DNA from: Trichosphaerium sp. ATCC 40318
Lineage: Eukaryota > Protista > Tubulinea
Direction: 5' to 3'
Assembly: GCA_038496445.1 (NCBI GenBank)
Contig: JALMLS010000277.1
Span: 248,001 to 312,000, forward strand
DNA: 64,000 nt
Part shown: positions 50,288 to 62,400 of the stretch, piece after piece
Numbering within the stretch: the stretch's first letter is position 1
Layout of the letters: the number at the start of each line of letters is the position of its first letter
The notes under the pieces: generated by a model
The model's database searches: none
Told to the model about the DNA's origin: nothing
The model's input: the letters and a program-made list of their open reading frames with translations, nothing else
Position numbers and translations under genes: made by a program

Positions 50288-52260
50288 TCATTTAATCCAT
50301 CTAGTAATACCCTAAGCCAACGTTAGAGAGCGAACTTGATGCTAAAAAAAAAGTTCGAAAAAAGGAAAAAAAAATCACGTGATACTTTCTTTAGAGGCCA
50401 AATAACGCACGTTGTTTGTAAGCTTGTAAAAATCTTTTTTACGCTCATTGTATCTGTATTACGTGTAGTATGAACGTAAAACCTCCCAAACTGCGAAGAA
50501 AATTTGCTTTTGAATTCTCTCTTAATTCGTTCAAGAGCAGCACTTACGTCACGACGACCACCTTTATAATCCGGGAACAATCTTTTGAATGCACTGAAAT
50601 GTCTCTCAAGCTTAGAACGAAACAGATCCTCCTTATTAAGAAACAATACCCACTGAACACTCCGTAAAATTGGTGAACCTTTACGCCTTATGAGCAAAAA
50701 AATGTGTAAATTTTTTTTGTTTACCGCTGAGTGAACGGAATAGTTCTAAAGACTCTTTAAATGTATCATGCCGTCTCTTTCGGAATACTAAGTACGGGAT
50801 TAAATTAAAGAAGTTACGTCCAAAGCTGCAAAATGTTGAAAAAATTAATTGATTGTAATTAATAAAACCGGCGCCTTTTTGCGATTGTTGTTATTTTTTT
50901 GAGTTCTCGTGATTATGAAAATTAAAAATCGTACTAGCGTCTAAGTCTGCTACGAATAGAATAGCATCTACACCATCAAAACTATGCAACCATTTTCTCC
51001 TCTCTGATTTTTGACCACCTGATGGTTACTGTTAAAACAAACCAAATATTGGACAAAAAATTCTCTTTATCACAAAATTGACAAAATACATTACCAACAT
51101 CCACGAAAGTAAAGCTAAAATAATGCATCAGTATAGAATATAATAAATAGAATCAAAAATATTAACAACATTTCGAAAAAATAGCGATGTTTGGGTTCTG
51201 AATAGTGATACAGAGTTTTTTTTTTCTGGTGTTTAACATACCTTTTTTCGCATGCTTGAAAGCTTGTCTCAACAATACCGGTTGTCTTTAATTGAGAATA
51301 AATAATGTCTTCATCTGTAGGTAAATAATCATGTGAGAACACTTCTTTGCTTCGAGATACCACAAAACTAAGCCACTGGTTAACTTTATTCCTCTATTTT
51401 CGTATTCTGAGTCATGGCACGCACTGTCGTAGTGACTCTTGTATGTCAACGCGCAATGTTTCTCTATTCTTCCATGTAACGTGTACTAAGCTATCGTCCC
51501 ATATTTTTTTAACTACACCAGCATTCAACGCTTTAGGATTACCACTAAGTTTTGATACAGATTCCTGAAGAGTGTAAAAAAAAAAGTTCAAAAAAAAGAT
51601 TGTTGTCTTTGTTTAATACCATTAATTCTTCGCATAGACACCCATTCTGTTGTGTAACCTCTACAAGTATTTGTAAACCTCTAATATATATTTTAGATGG
51701 AACAGTATAAATAGCAATCAATGGCAAGCATTTTTTTTGCGCTTTTTTTTGTGGATCCATCATCGAGCAAACACCCCAAAAAAAAAACGAAAACAAACTA
51801 CAAAACGAAGCAAAGACTTCATCCAGGTCGTAAGAATTAAAAAAAAAGTGAAATCTAGATACAATTAACGTACTTTCTAATATTCTCTCTTATAACTAGT
51901 TTATACTTCTTCCTCTCTGTCATACTGAAACCACCGCAGTATAATATTTTCATTTGTTTTATCATAGTACTCTTACCAGCACCGCCAGCTCCTATTATTT
52001 TTTTATTATTAACATAACAACGCACATAGTAGAAGAAAGATGTGAGATCGAGGTTGGTTACGGCACGTTTTTTTGCAGTTGTTTTTACGTGTTTAAAGTT
52101 TTAGTAAAAAATCACGTGATTTACCGTTTTTTAACACGTGGTACTTACCTAACAATAACATTTTAACCTCCGTGCGCCTTCTAAGTTTCTCTGCTTTAAG
52201 TATCTTATCTATACTCTTGGTACTCGGGGACCTTGTCACTGCGCTGGCAGCGCATCCCAT
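50288..52260 (-). CDS. Heterotrimeric G-protein alpha subunit, divergent
   Basis: MGCAAS; KMLLL|GAGGAGKST; [18 protein letters not shown]; [12 protein letters not shown]; LFLNKEDLF; HTTRNTDT. Confidence 0.9.
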
Positions 52261-52854
52261 GTTGCTTAAATGGTGATAAAAAAACAACCCAAGACAAAAG
52301 AGGAATATTTTTCGGAGAGAAAAAAAGATAAAAAAGAACGAAGAGTGTGTATCACGAACCGCTATTTTTACGCCTTTTACACCTCGTCAGTTACAGTTGG
52401 TAGTGCTACCACAAGTTTAGGAGTTTGGGTTACAAAAATGACACAAGCGCAAAAAGTAGCGTCACCACTTCATGTGACAAACCAACAGTTTAAACATACG
52501 GATTCATCACATCAGACCTCTCTTACTTTGAAATTTACTAGCGCTATTTACTCACGGACCGGAAACTTATTTTGAACGGACCGGTTTTTTTACGTGGTAC
52601 TGACACTAGAAACCGTAAACGAACAAGCACATTTTCTTTTGTTTTGTGGATTTTTTGGTCGATAATGGACATGTTTAACATTTGGTGTAGCCCCTCTACA
52701 CTCTATAAATCATAACACCACGCGCCATAAAACCAATACCAACATGAGGGTAAAAATAACAACACAGACTATTCAACTAAACATGTCTATTTTACAAGAT
52801 TGTAGATGTGATTCAAACGCTGCCAGTACTCTGTAGCAGTCCTTACACAGGAGT

Positions 52855-53739
52855 TTAGATAGTAGTAGGTCCGGTAGTTGTACTGGCACTTGACGAAGGC
52901 GTAGAAACGTCTGGTATGGCCGCTGATAGTTTTCTTCTTTTTGGCCGTCTCCTACGTCTACGAGGCCCATAGTGTATGTGGCGAATCACTAGAAGCCAAT
53001 AGATGAGATGAGTATTACGATTACTTTTATTCTTACCAAGAGTGCTGTTACCTCCACCAGAGCCCCTTGCTGAGTTAATTGAAGCGCCTGTGATCATTTT
53101 CGTAGCTTGATCCACAACAAACTCACCAGAATCAAAAAAGCCTTGAGCGCCAATCTCTGAAAACAAAAAATTGGTATTAGCAAACATCAATGATGGTGTT
53201 TTAGTGACAAAACGTAAAAGTGAGTTTGACAGAAATAACTCTATTTTGTGTCAGCCTAGTTTTTCGAGATGCTTTGTGAACATGGTCAGGTGGCCTTTGT
53301 GCAACCTTGTACGCTAAGCATTATCGCATCCTTATGGAGTACGTAATATGATGGTAAGATTAGAAAGTCACGTGATTTCCACAAATCAGGAGTAGCCTTT
53401 AAAAAGTAGCTTGACTTTAAAATTATAATTCTGGTCAATTTTTCTTTTGTTCTCATCTTACTCAAATAAGGATTCATTATCTTCGGTTCTATCCACCCAC
53501 GTAGTCTAATAGCTTTCTATTAGTGCTATAAGCGATGTATTGCGTACGATATATTTACCCAACGACGCATTCCTGCACAACCTGAAGAAACTACCCAGAA
53601 TTTACATTAGCTCGCTTGTGCATGTAGCGACTTACGTAATAGAGTGTCAAATAAAATTGTGATGAGCCTGATGCATGGGTTAGTTAATAGACTGTAATTT
53701 TTGTCTATTGTCGTGTTAAAAACTTTGGCCGTACCCCAT
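52855..53739 (-). CDS. DUF1748-like small protein
   Basis: Spliced MG|LITILFDTLL|LSSGCAGMRRWVNIS|LRGWIEPKIMNPYL|KIGAQGFFDSGEFVVDQ matches the D..L.S...AG.RR...GE.V.D pattern. 3' end uncertain. Confidence 0.55.
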
Positions 53740-54141
53740 TGGTTGTTGATGTTCTTACGAATAAGTATGCATGTAAGTTTACAATTTCTCTGAAAGACTG
53801 AATTCAACTAGTTTAGTTTTTTCTTACTTAGTTCTAATAACATCGAATTATGCAAGTTTTGTGGGTTTATTATTAATGCAAATAGTACGTCACCATCATG
53901 CCGACAATAAGTTTTATTGACAATGTTTTCATGTCATTTATATCTTCATTGGAGACGTGTGGCTTCCTGGGTTGCAACTTTTTGGATTTTTGGTGAATAC
54001 CATTCGGTACTAGTTCTTTTAATCATGAGTTAAACCATGAAGTTTACAGCGTATGTGAATATTTCAAGGTTTAGGGTAAATGTCAAAAGTTTACTTGTTT
54101 TGACTGAAGTTGTGATGGTCTGTAAAATATAACGCACTAAA

Positions 54142-54895
54142 ATGTCCATAGACCTCAGAAATGCTGCAATTAACGGTGAACTTGAAAAAGTACAACAATT
54201 AGTCGCTGATGGAGCAGACGTTAACTCAAAATACCGTACTGGAGGTGAGTATGTTTAAATGGCGTTAACTTACGCGTTTTCAAGCGGCTGTATCATCTCT
54301 ATTACATGTTGCAGCTTCTAGAGGACGTAGAGAGGTTATAGAGTTCCTTATTGACAAAGGTGCTAACATTGAAGCCGTTGACTCCGATGGTACATTATTT
54401 TAACTCCAGACTGCTTACAATGTGCTACTTTGTTAATTGACACAAACTAGGTCAAACACCTATTGTTTTTGCAGTGAAGCACAGGTACGCGTTATAAACA
54501 TAGTGTACACCCAAAATCTAACCTTAACACAAAGGCACAACTTACTAATCAAGCTATTCATTGAAAAAGGAGCAGATATTGACGTTGTCGACAATAAAGG
54601 CAATACCAAACGTCCTCAAGCTCTTTAATCTAATCGTTTTTTGTAGAAAATAATCTCTTACATATAGCAGCAAGTGTAGACCACCCATCAATGGTTCCAG
54701 TTATTGCTCTACTACGAGAAAAGGTAACACAGCTCAAAAATTTCTTAATGTCAAAAAAAACCAATTTATGTGACACTTCAGCTGTGTTGTTTATTTTCTG
54801 TTGCTTAGGGTGTTGATGCTGAAGCTGAAAATGAAGATGAGAACCTTCCGAAGGACATGTGTAAGCACAAAGAGGTCGTTGCAGCATTGCAGTGA
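54142..54895 (+). CDS. Small ankyrin-repeat protein
   Basis: LRNAAINGELEKVQQLVADGADVN; LLHVAASRGRREVIEFLIDKGANIEAVDSDG; KGADIDVVDNK|ENNLLHIAA. Confidence 0.88.
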
Positions 54896-55149
54896 TAGCT
54901 AGAATAAATTTCTTATTAAAGCCACTTTTAATGGCGCAAGATAAACATTTGATTGTTTGTAATAAGCGCCGAAACCCAATTTTGTTGTACTAAGTACATT
55001 CGACCACTTTAAACATAAAAGACAAGATGTAACACTATTCCTCTCGGTGATTGTTGTCATATACCATTTCTTTTCCAACTACACTAATCACTATTCTATT
55101 CGTTTTATTTTACATTGAACTACGACATTCATAATTTCTAGCTAGCGGC

Positions 55150-56649
55150 CTATGAGAAGCCAATTTCCTCCTCTGAAGAATAGTTTTTTTTACAGCGATA
55201 AATTTTCTCCTTGTTGAAAAAAGAAAGAGTTAGTTGATGTTAAAAAAGCAAGAAAAGATTGCTTACACTTGATTTACCAACATGCTCAAGACGTCCTGTT
55301 ATAACCATCCTTTCTAATATACCATCTTCAACAGCCACATACGCATATCTAGGGTAGTTTTCTTCCTCAAGAAAAGTCACTAAAAACCAACTGATAAGTA
55401 AAAGCAAGAAAAAAATAAGAAAAAATAACGCTTGTACATATATCTTTTCTGGTCATTTCTCGGTCTCTCAAAACCTGAATAGCAATTGCTGTTATAGACT
55501 TATCATCACAGACTCTATACAATCAGATTTGAGAAATAAATAAACAACAAACTAAAATCAAAAAAAAAACACTGGAAAACTTACACTCTTTTTTTCACCT
55601 TGCTGGCAATATTAGGCGCGTTAGGTGCTGTCTTGTTATTCTTTTGTTGTTTTTTTGTTCGCTTAATTTTTATCTTCTTTTTTGGTCTTGGAGATACTGA
55701 TTCATCCGAACTCAAACGTCCTAGTAACCATGAAAAAAAATTGCAAAAAAAAAAACATTCACAACCAAATAGCACAAGCCGTACTTTTTTTAATCGTAAT
55801 AACACGTCGTTTGCGCTTAGGTGGTTGCAATTTCGTAGCAGTTGTAGCAGTCGTAGTAACACTCATAGGATCATCTGTTCAACGAGAGTTAAGAAGTGAG
55901 CAACTTTCATTGTGTACCCTTCAAGTTTGACTTGAACGGTACTCACAATAATAAAAATATCGTACCAGTGCCTATGGGGCACTCATCAGTTGAGTCTTCC
56001 TCTGCCTTATCTGTTTTTGATTCTGTAGCTTCAGAAAACCTTTGTACAGCTCTGCTTGTGCGTTTTCTACGCAATTGCATCGACCGCTAAAACAACGTTT
56101 TAGTTGTTTTAACTGAAAAACTGGTATTAAGGCTTGTATCGTACAGGTGAGGATGGGTTCCATTCAGCGCGAAAACGTAGTTTCATATTACCAATTTCAA
56201 AAATTGAATCGCCTCGCAGGAGTTGCGGTTCTTGAACGAAAGCGCCACGGTAGAATACTCTACCTTTTATAGGAGCGATAGAGAACTGGTTGACAGTTAA
56301 AAAAAAAAGTGACACGATGTAGAAGACTACGCATACGGTGCTATCAGTACTATTGAAGGTGATTTCGGCATGTTCGGGCTCAATGTATCTCCAACCACCA
56401 ACGAACCTCAGTACGTGAGCTCCTTGATTTCTATCAGCGCTACACAGTATTTAGAGTCGATTTAGTAACTGACTGTATCTCAGTCAGTGTTGCAACGCGT
56501 ATACAGTTGTAACAGGTATATATAATAGACACGCACTCTTCAGTGCCGACAACACACTTTGTAAACAAAGAATCTGTATACTGACTAATAAGAAGGGATG
56601 GAGGCGTAGTTGGTTTCTTGGGCACACTCCACAGGCTCCACTTGATCAT
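55150..56649 (-). CDS. Degenerate FHA-domain protein with basic linker and short C-terminal helical domain
   Basis: CVVGT...IEPEHAEITF...GRVFYRG...LLRGDSIFEIGNMKLRF (FHA fold pattern); NLS-like PKRKRR and PKKKIKIKR. Confidence 0.6.
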
Positions 56650-56857
56650 CTCAACAAACGATGTAACCGCTATTTGTAAATTTTGCTAGTTTGCGTCTAG
56701 TTCGCAATATGTTTTCAAGTGTGGCGATATACCGTTCCAGTACTAGTACTAGCTCAACAGGCTTAGCAGTTCGACTACTTTTAATTGTTTTGACTTCTCG
56801 CTTATGTTTTTGACAATCACTTCTATACAAGCCAGCAGTCAACGATACTTGTTCGAT

Positions 56858-59187
56858 ATGTTTACAGTGCGCAAAATAATTTGTATTAAATATTATTAAC
56901 GCTTATTTAGCGTAGCACGCTACGTGTATGCCAGCAAGGGAGAACCGGGCACAATACATCCACCAAATTCAACTATCGCGTTAAACAGTGTGTTTTACCG
57001 CAACAATGCGTAAGAAACGCTGCTATAACAAAATTGTTCGGTTTGAATAAACCCAAAGACGTAAACGAAGTCAACAAGAAATTGATAGAAGCTGTAAATA
57101 AAGCTGATATACGAGGCTGCATGACTACGTATGAAGCGATGCGAGCAGATGGCATTAAACCAAATGTACTGACATACGAAATACTACTTGACTGTACGGG
57201 CGTCAAACGCGCTAACAACCTGTTATTTTGTTGACATATCTTCATCAAGGCATGAACTTTGCCCCAAGACGCCATCGCAAGTTATGGCAGGATTACTCGA
57301 CCGATTTAAGGGAATCTGGACTAGAATTAACGAGGTAGAAACCACTTTGAGCGGAAAACTTTTTAGTAATTGTTTCCTTGTTTAGCGATTTTCACGCTCG
57401 GTTGATCAATTTCTGTGGTGTAAGTCTTAAAGACTTTCAGAGCGCGTATGATGGTACGTTGTAGCACAACTTATAGACGGTTTTGATAAATTTTTGTTAC
57501 TAACACTTTATTTTTTTTTCAGCGTACAACATTTTCTTAATGTCTGATTCTGGGGCACCTAAGCCGTTTGTCACTATGATGTCTTTGTGTGAGAAATGTA
57601 GGAGGTGGTTAGTTCTTAGAGACGTGCTTAGGGAGGTGACAGTGGTACGCATGTCTGTTAAAAATTTGATGAAAAAAAAGTTCAAATAACAACTTCCTTT
57701 TTTGTGTTAATTTTTTTTTGTTAAGAGGCGAGTACCTATTACAAAAGAGTTTGCTGATGAGGCTTGTAATATATTTATAACGCATAACACTACTCGAACT
57801 ATTTTTCATAAGTTTGTAATGAACCATTACAAAGTTGTTACAGGTTCGTCTAATAGTCCTTCTTATATTCATGAATTGATGTTAAAATATGATAGGTGAC
57901 TTGCAACATATTATAAAAATACTGGTAGTTCTATTATCGAAGGTTTCAGAGTTAGGCAAAAATGTAGTTTCACAAGACTTAATTACAGTACGTTTTTGTT
58001 ATTTTTTTTTTGGTGACGCGAAACCTTTCATCAAAAATGATTTTTTTGACCACGTGTATTTTAGTTTCCGTCACCAACATTTCTACAACTATTTTGCGCA
58101 GTGATGAATAAACCAAATGTTTATCATAGAGAGAATGATTTTATTCTCTGCGATTTTTTTTGTCAAAAAAAGCAAAGATTGTCTTTATAAATTTAGTCGC
58201 TACTGTGAGCCAAAGTAGTGATTGTAAAAGGGAAGATATATTAAAATTTACAGATCCACCTATTACGCCCTTTACGAGAGTTATTCGTATTGTTGGTCAC
58301 AAGGTGGCTTACATTTTTATTTGAAACAAATCAATGATTTGTTAATATCTATTTTGCAATTAAAATATCGCAATGTGCTGACAACACAAAAACAACATTT
58401 CTGAGTGCAAAAAAGATCTGGTTTCTTCGTAATACTCTTTACATATGTGTATTTTGACACTAATAGTATGTTAACGTAGGTTTTTGAGAAACAAAAGTCT
58501 AATAATAATCCAATGAACTTGGATGTTCACGAACAAGTAAGTTTTTTTGTTCAACTAGAAATTCTGTTTTGTAATTTCTTCTTATATTGTTTGTAGATAA
58601 TGGTTGCTCTATGTCGAGTAGACCAAGTACCAAAAGCAGAGATTATATATAAAAGTATTAAAGATTACTTTGACAGTTTAAACCAAACAGTATATCTTCG
58701 CACTAAGGTACGCCACAGCGTTTTTTTTCTGAATTTATTCTTACAATGTTGTTTTTGTTTCTAGACTGATGATGCCTTTGTACTTGCTTGTATGCGTATA
58801 GGAGATTTTGAAAAAGCATTAATGCATTTAAGAAAAGAAATATACACTCATAACAGATGTACGGACAAGAAACGAACCTTGTAAAAGTATACATTTGTTT
58901 AACCTTTACTCTTAGCGATATCCTTCTCATGTTTTCTCTCTTGGGTAGACTATATTCCTGGAGATAACTTAAAATACAATTATGAATTACAACAAACCAA
59001 AAAACAATGTTTAGCTAGTAGTGAACCGAGGCGGTGCAGGGTACGTTGTTCTTTTTTTTTTTTTCTTTCATTTTATTTGAAAACCAAAATGTTTGTGACA
59101 CTTTATTAGATCGGTACAAGAGAAGGACGCATGGTAATTGCTGTGATGGAAGAGCTATGTGCTAAAAACAAACTGAATGATGGGTGA
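56858..59187 (+). CDS. Pentatricopeptide repeat protein, probably mitochondrial
   Basis: Arg/Ser/Thr-rich acid-free N-terminus (MFT|RSTLRVCQQGR...); PPR motifs YEAMRADGIKPNVLTYEILL and GAPKPFVTMMSLC. Confidence 0.7.
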
Positions 59188-59442
59188 AACCTTTCTCTAT
59201 TACTAGCGGATGTACATACTATGTAAAACTAAAAAAAACTATCACCCAAACAAAAAGACTCCCTCAATTAGTACATTCACCTTCTTTTCAAAGAACCATG
59301 TAGCCGCCTTGCAAGCAAGATTGGACCAAGGTGAATTTGTTAGACGTGTAAAAGTAAAATGTGCACCTGGTGGTTTACGGTTTACGACTTAACGAAGTTA
59401 AGCATCACTTTGTCCTAGATTATTGATCAAGCCGTTTAAACA

Positions 59443-62400
59443 ATGGCCGCTGTTAAAGCTTTATTAAATATGTTTGGACCTAGTGGTTCTGCCCAACCAC
59501 CAAGGTCCAAGGCGATAGCGCCTGAGAAAAATATTAGCGCTGTTGTTGCCAAACTCGACAAACAGCTTCCAGAGTGAGTGATTTGCGCTTTTTGATAGTA
59601 TGGTTTAAAAATAAACTAACCACTCGTAGCTTTACTAAAAAGGAGTATAACTGGATACGTGAGACGTCACAGACACCTCCTTTACCTCCACAACGCTATA
59701 CAACACATATAGCTACAGATAAACCACTTTACAAACCGGGAGAAACAGGTACAATCATTTTCAAGTAAACACACAATAAAAAACCATTCTTGGATCCCTC
59801 ATTTGCCCTAATACTATTCTGACGCTACAATTAGTTTACATAAGAGCAACGCCACTAGACGCTCATACTCAAGCTCCTTTACGTTCAAAAGAGATCATAA
59901 ACGTAGTATCTGTTGAAGTATTAACGCCAAAGGGTGATGTAGCCAAGAAATTTACAAGCCGGACTGAAAATGGCGTTTTCGGCATGCAATGGGTAGTGCC
60001 AAAGGACTCTACGAGTGGAGAATACAAAATCAAGCTATCCTACGAAGCTACGTAAGCAAAAACGGTTTTCGGACACTATTTATCTGAATACAAGCCACAA
60101 CTTTTCTTCACAGAAAACAAAACCATGTGTCAAGAATTCCACGTGCTTTTTCTTACAATCACTTTTTAGACAATTTGCGCCTGCAGAAAGAGTTATTGAG
60201 GTTCGGGAATTTCAACCACCAAAGTTGGTACGGCGCAAAGCAAGTCGAAATAAATGACAGCTAATTATTTTTTGTAAAGAAACTACAAGCAGAGTTTATT
60301 AAAAAAGGTCTCGGTCCTGGAGATAACGCATCTTGTACTTTAGAAGCAAATAAGGCTGAAGGTGGTGTTCCTGTAGGAGCTACTGTGACAGCAATTGCTC
60401 GTATTGATGGTGATGAGTGTTACAGGTAATTGCTATTTAAAGCGAAGTCTTTGCTTATGAAGTGTTCCTCTAGAGGTGAATACAAATTAGACGCTAAGGG
60501 TAAATGTACTGTCGCCTTCAAGCTACCAGAGAACATAAATATCGGCGATGGCACACTAACACTCCGTGTTACCCATGGTGGTGTTGTTGAATCAACAAGT
60601 AAAACGATTCCAATTCTATTACAAAAGATCGATGTCGACTTTTATCCTGAATCTGGACATTTAGTAAACGGTATAGAGCTTAAGGCTTGTTGATCATTAT
60701 CTCATGTTTATGGATAGGTTTGGAATCAGCTATATACATTGAGGCTGTACTTCCTAATGGAGACCCAGCAGATCTTAAAGGAGAAATACTAAGATGCCCA
60801 GTGAAGGGTTCTAAAAAAAAATCACCAGAGACTAATAACGTTCCTGCTGGTACGTTTTGATAGAAATAATACTCGGAAACTTTTCTAATGCTTCAAAAGG
60901 CACTTTCAACTTTGTTTGTGACATATCATCAGAGCATGAAGGTCGTGGTAAAGCTACATTTACTCCTGAAACAGGATTCCTTTACTACTTACGTGTAACT
61001 GTACCTACTGGTATTGCACGCCTTATACCATTCCCAGAGCATTGCGAGTATGTCTTTTCTTACGAGTGTTTAAGTTTAAGGTTGTGTTTGCTTACAGCGA
61101 TCTTGTAGAATTAAGCCACATGGAGGTGTACTGCGTACAGGTGATGTTAATGTTTTCGCTGCTGGAGAAGGAGTTGATCTTAATGTCTCCACTACAGGTA
61201 CGGTTTAGCTCGTTTTGTAATTGTGGTTTTTAAATCTAACGTTGTATTGTAGAGCCTGGTCGTTATCGTGTATGCTTGAGCAAGCGTGAATTGCAGGTTG
61301 CTTCATCTTGGATTGAAACTAAAGAAGGAGAATCAACTGTTATTACTTTTAGACCACCAGAGTACTCTGGAGAGGGTATGCTTGATGCTGCTTGGCTGCG
61401 CGTTTACTTACTCGACGTTTAGGTATTCTTCGAGCAACTCTTGTGGATGATAAAGGTGTTCCTCTTGCTGAGCGCTTAGTATTTAGAAAACCAAGCCATA
61501 CAGTTGATATTAAAGTTGTTCAAGACAGAAAGTCTTACACACCTTCTGATAAGGTTATTCTACGTCTTCAAGCTACTGACGAGCGAGGTGCACCAGTATC
61601 AGATGCTGTTGTTGGTGTAACGATAACTGATGATGCTGTATTGGAGATGGTTGAGGTACGCAGGGCGGAAGTGTTGTTTGATTAAGTTTGACTCATTTAA
61701 TTTTTAGAAACGCAAGCAAGCTCCTAGACTACGAGAGATGGCTTTCCTTGAGACTGAAGTGAAGGAACTGTATGATTCTCTTGTTTATCTTAAAGGAGAC
61801 AAGAAGGGTGACTTGGCTACTGATTTATTGCTTGGAACTCAAGGATGGCGTCAGTTTATTTACTTTAAGAAATCATCAGACGTTCAAAGTTTCTTGGATG
61901 AACATGAAGGTAAAGCTGAACGTGTTCTTGCTGTTAGATCTTCCTTTTTGACAGAATCTAAATGGGTACATAATAGCGTCGTTGTTAGATGTTAGTGCTA
62001 ACTGAGCTTCCCTTTAGAACACAAATACTTACCAACAAGAGGATCTATTTGCAAACCAAAGTGTAGCACCAACATTGTCACCATCTCATTCCACACGTAG
62101 AGGTATTTTTTGCGGGTTTTCTGGTTTGTTTCTTACTCTTTTTCACCATTAGCGGCTCCAATTGCTAGTCCCTACGCTGAAGAGATATGCTCATCAGATG
62201 ATGAAGACGAATGGGAAGGAGATGGCGGTGCAAATCTATTGGATTCATTCTCCGGTTTTACAGCCATTGGTGGCGGTGCACCTCAAAATTCGGGTGGCTT
62301 TGGAGGAGCGCGCAGAGGTATTGTAAGGCCTCAAAGGCTAAATAGAGCATCCACATCAAGCTCTGTCACTGGAAGTAGAGGAAGAGGAAGAGGAAGAGGA

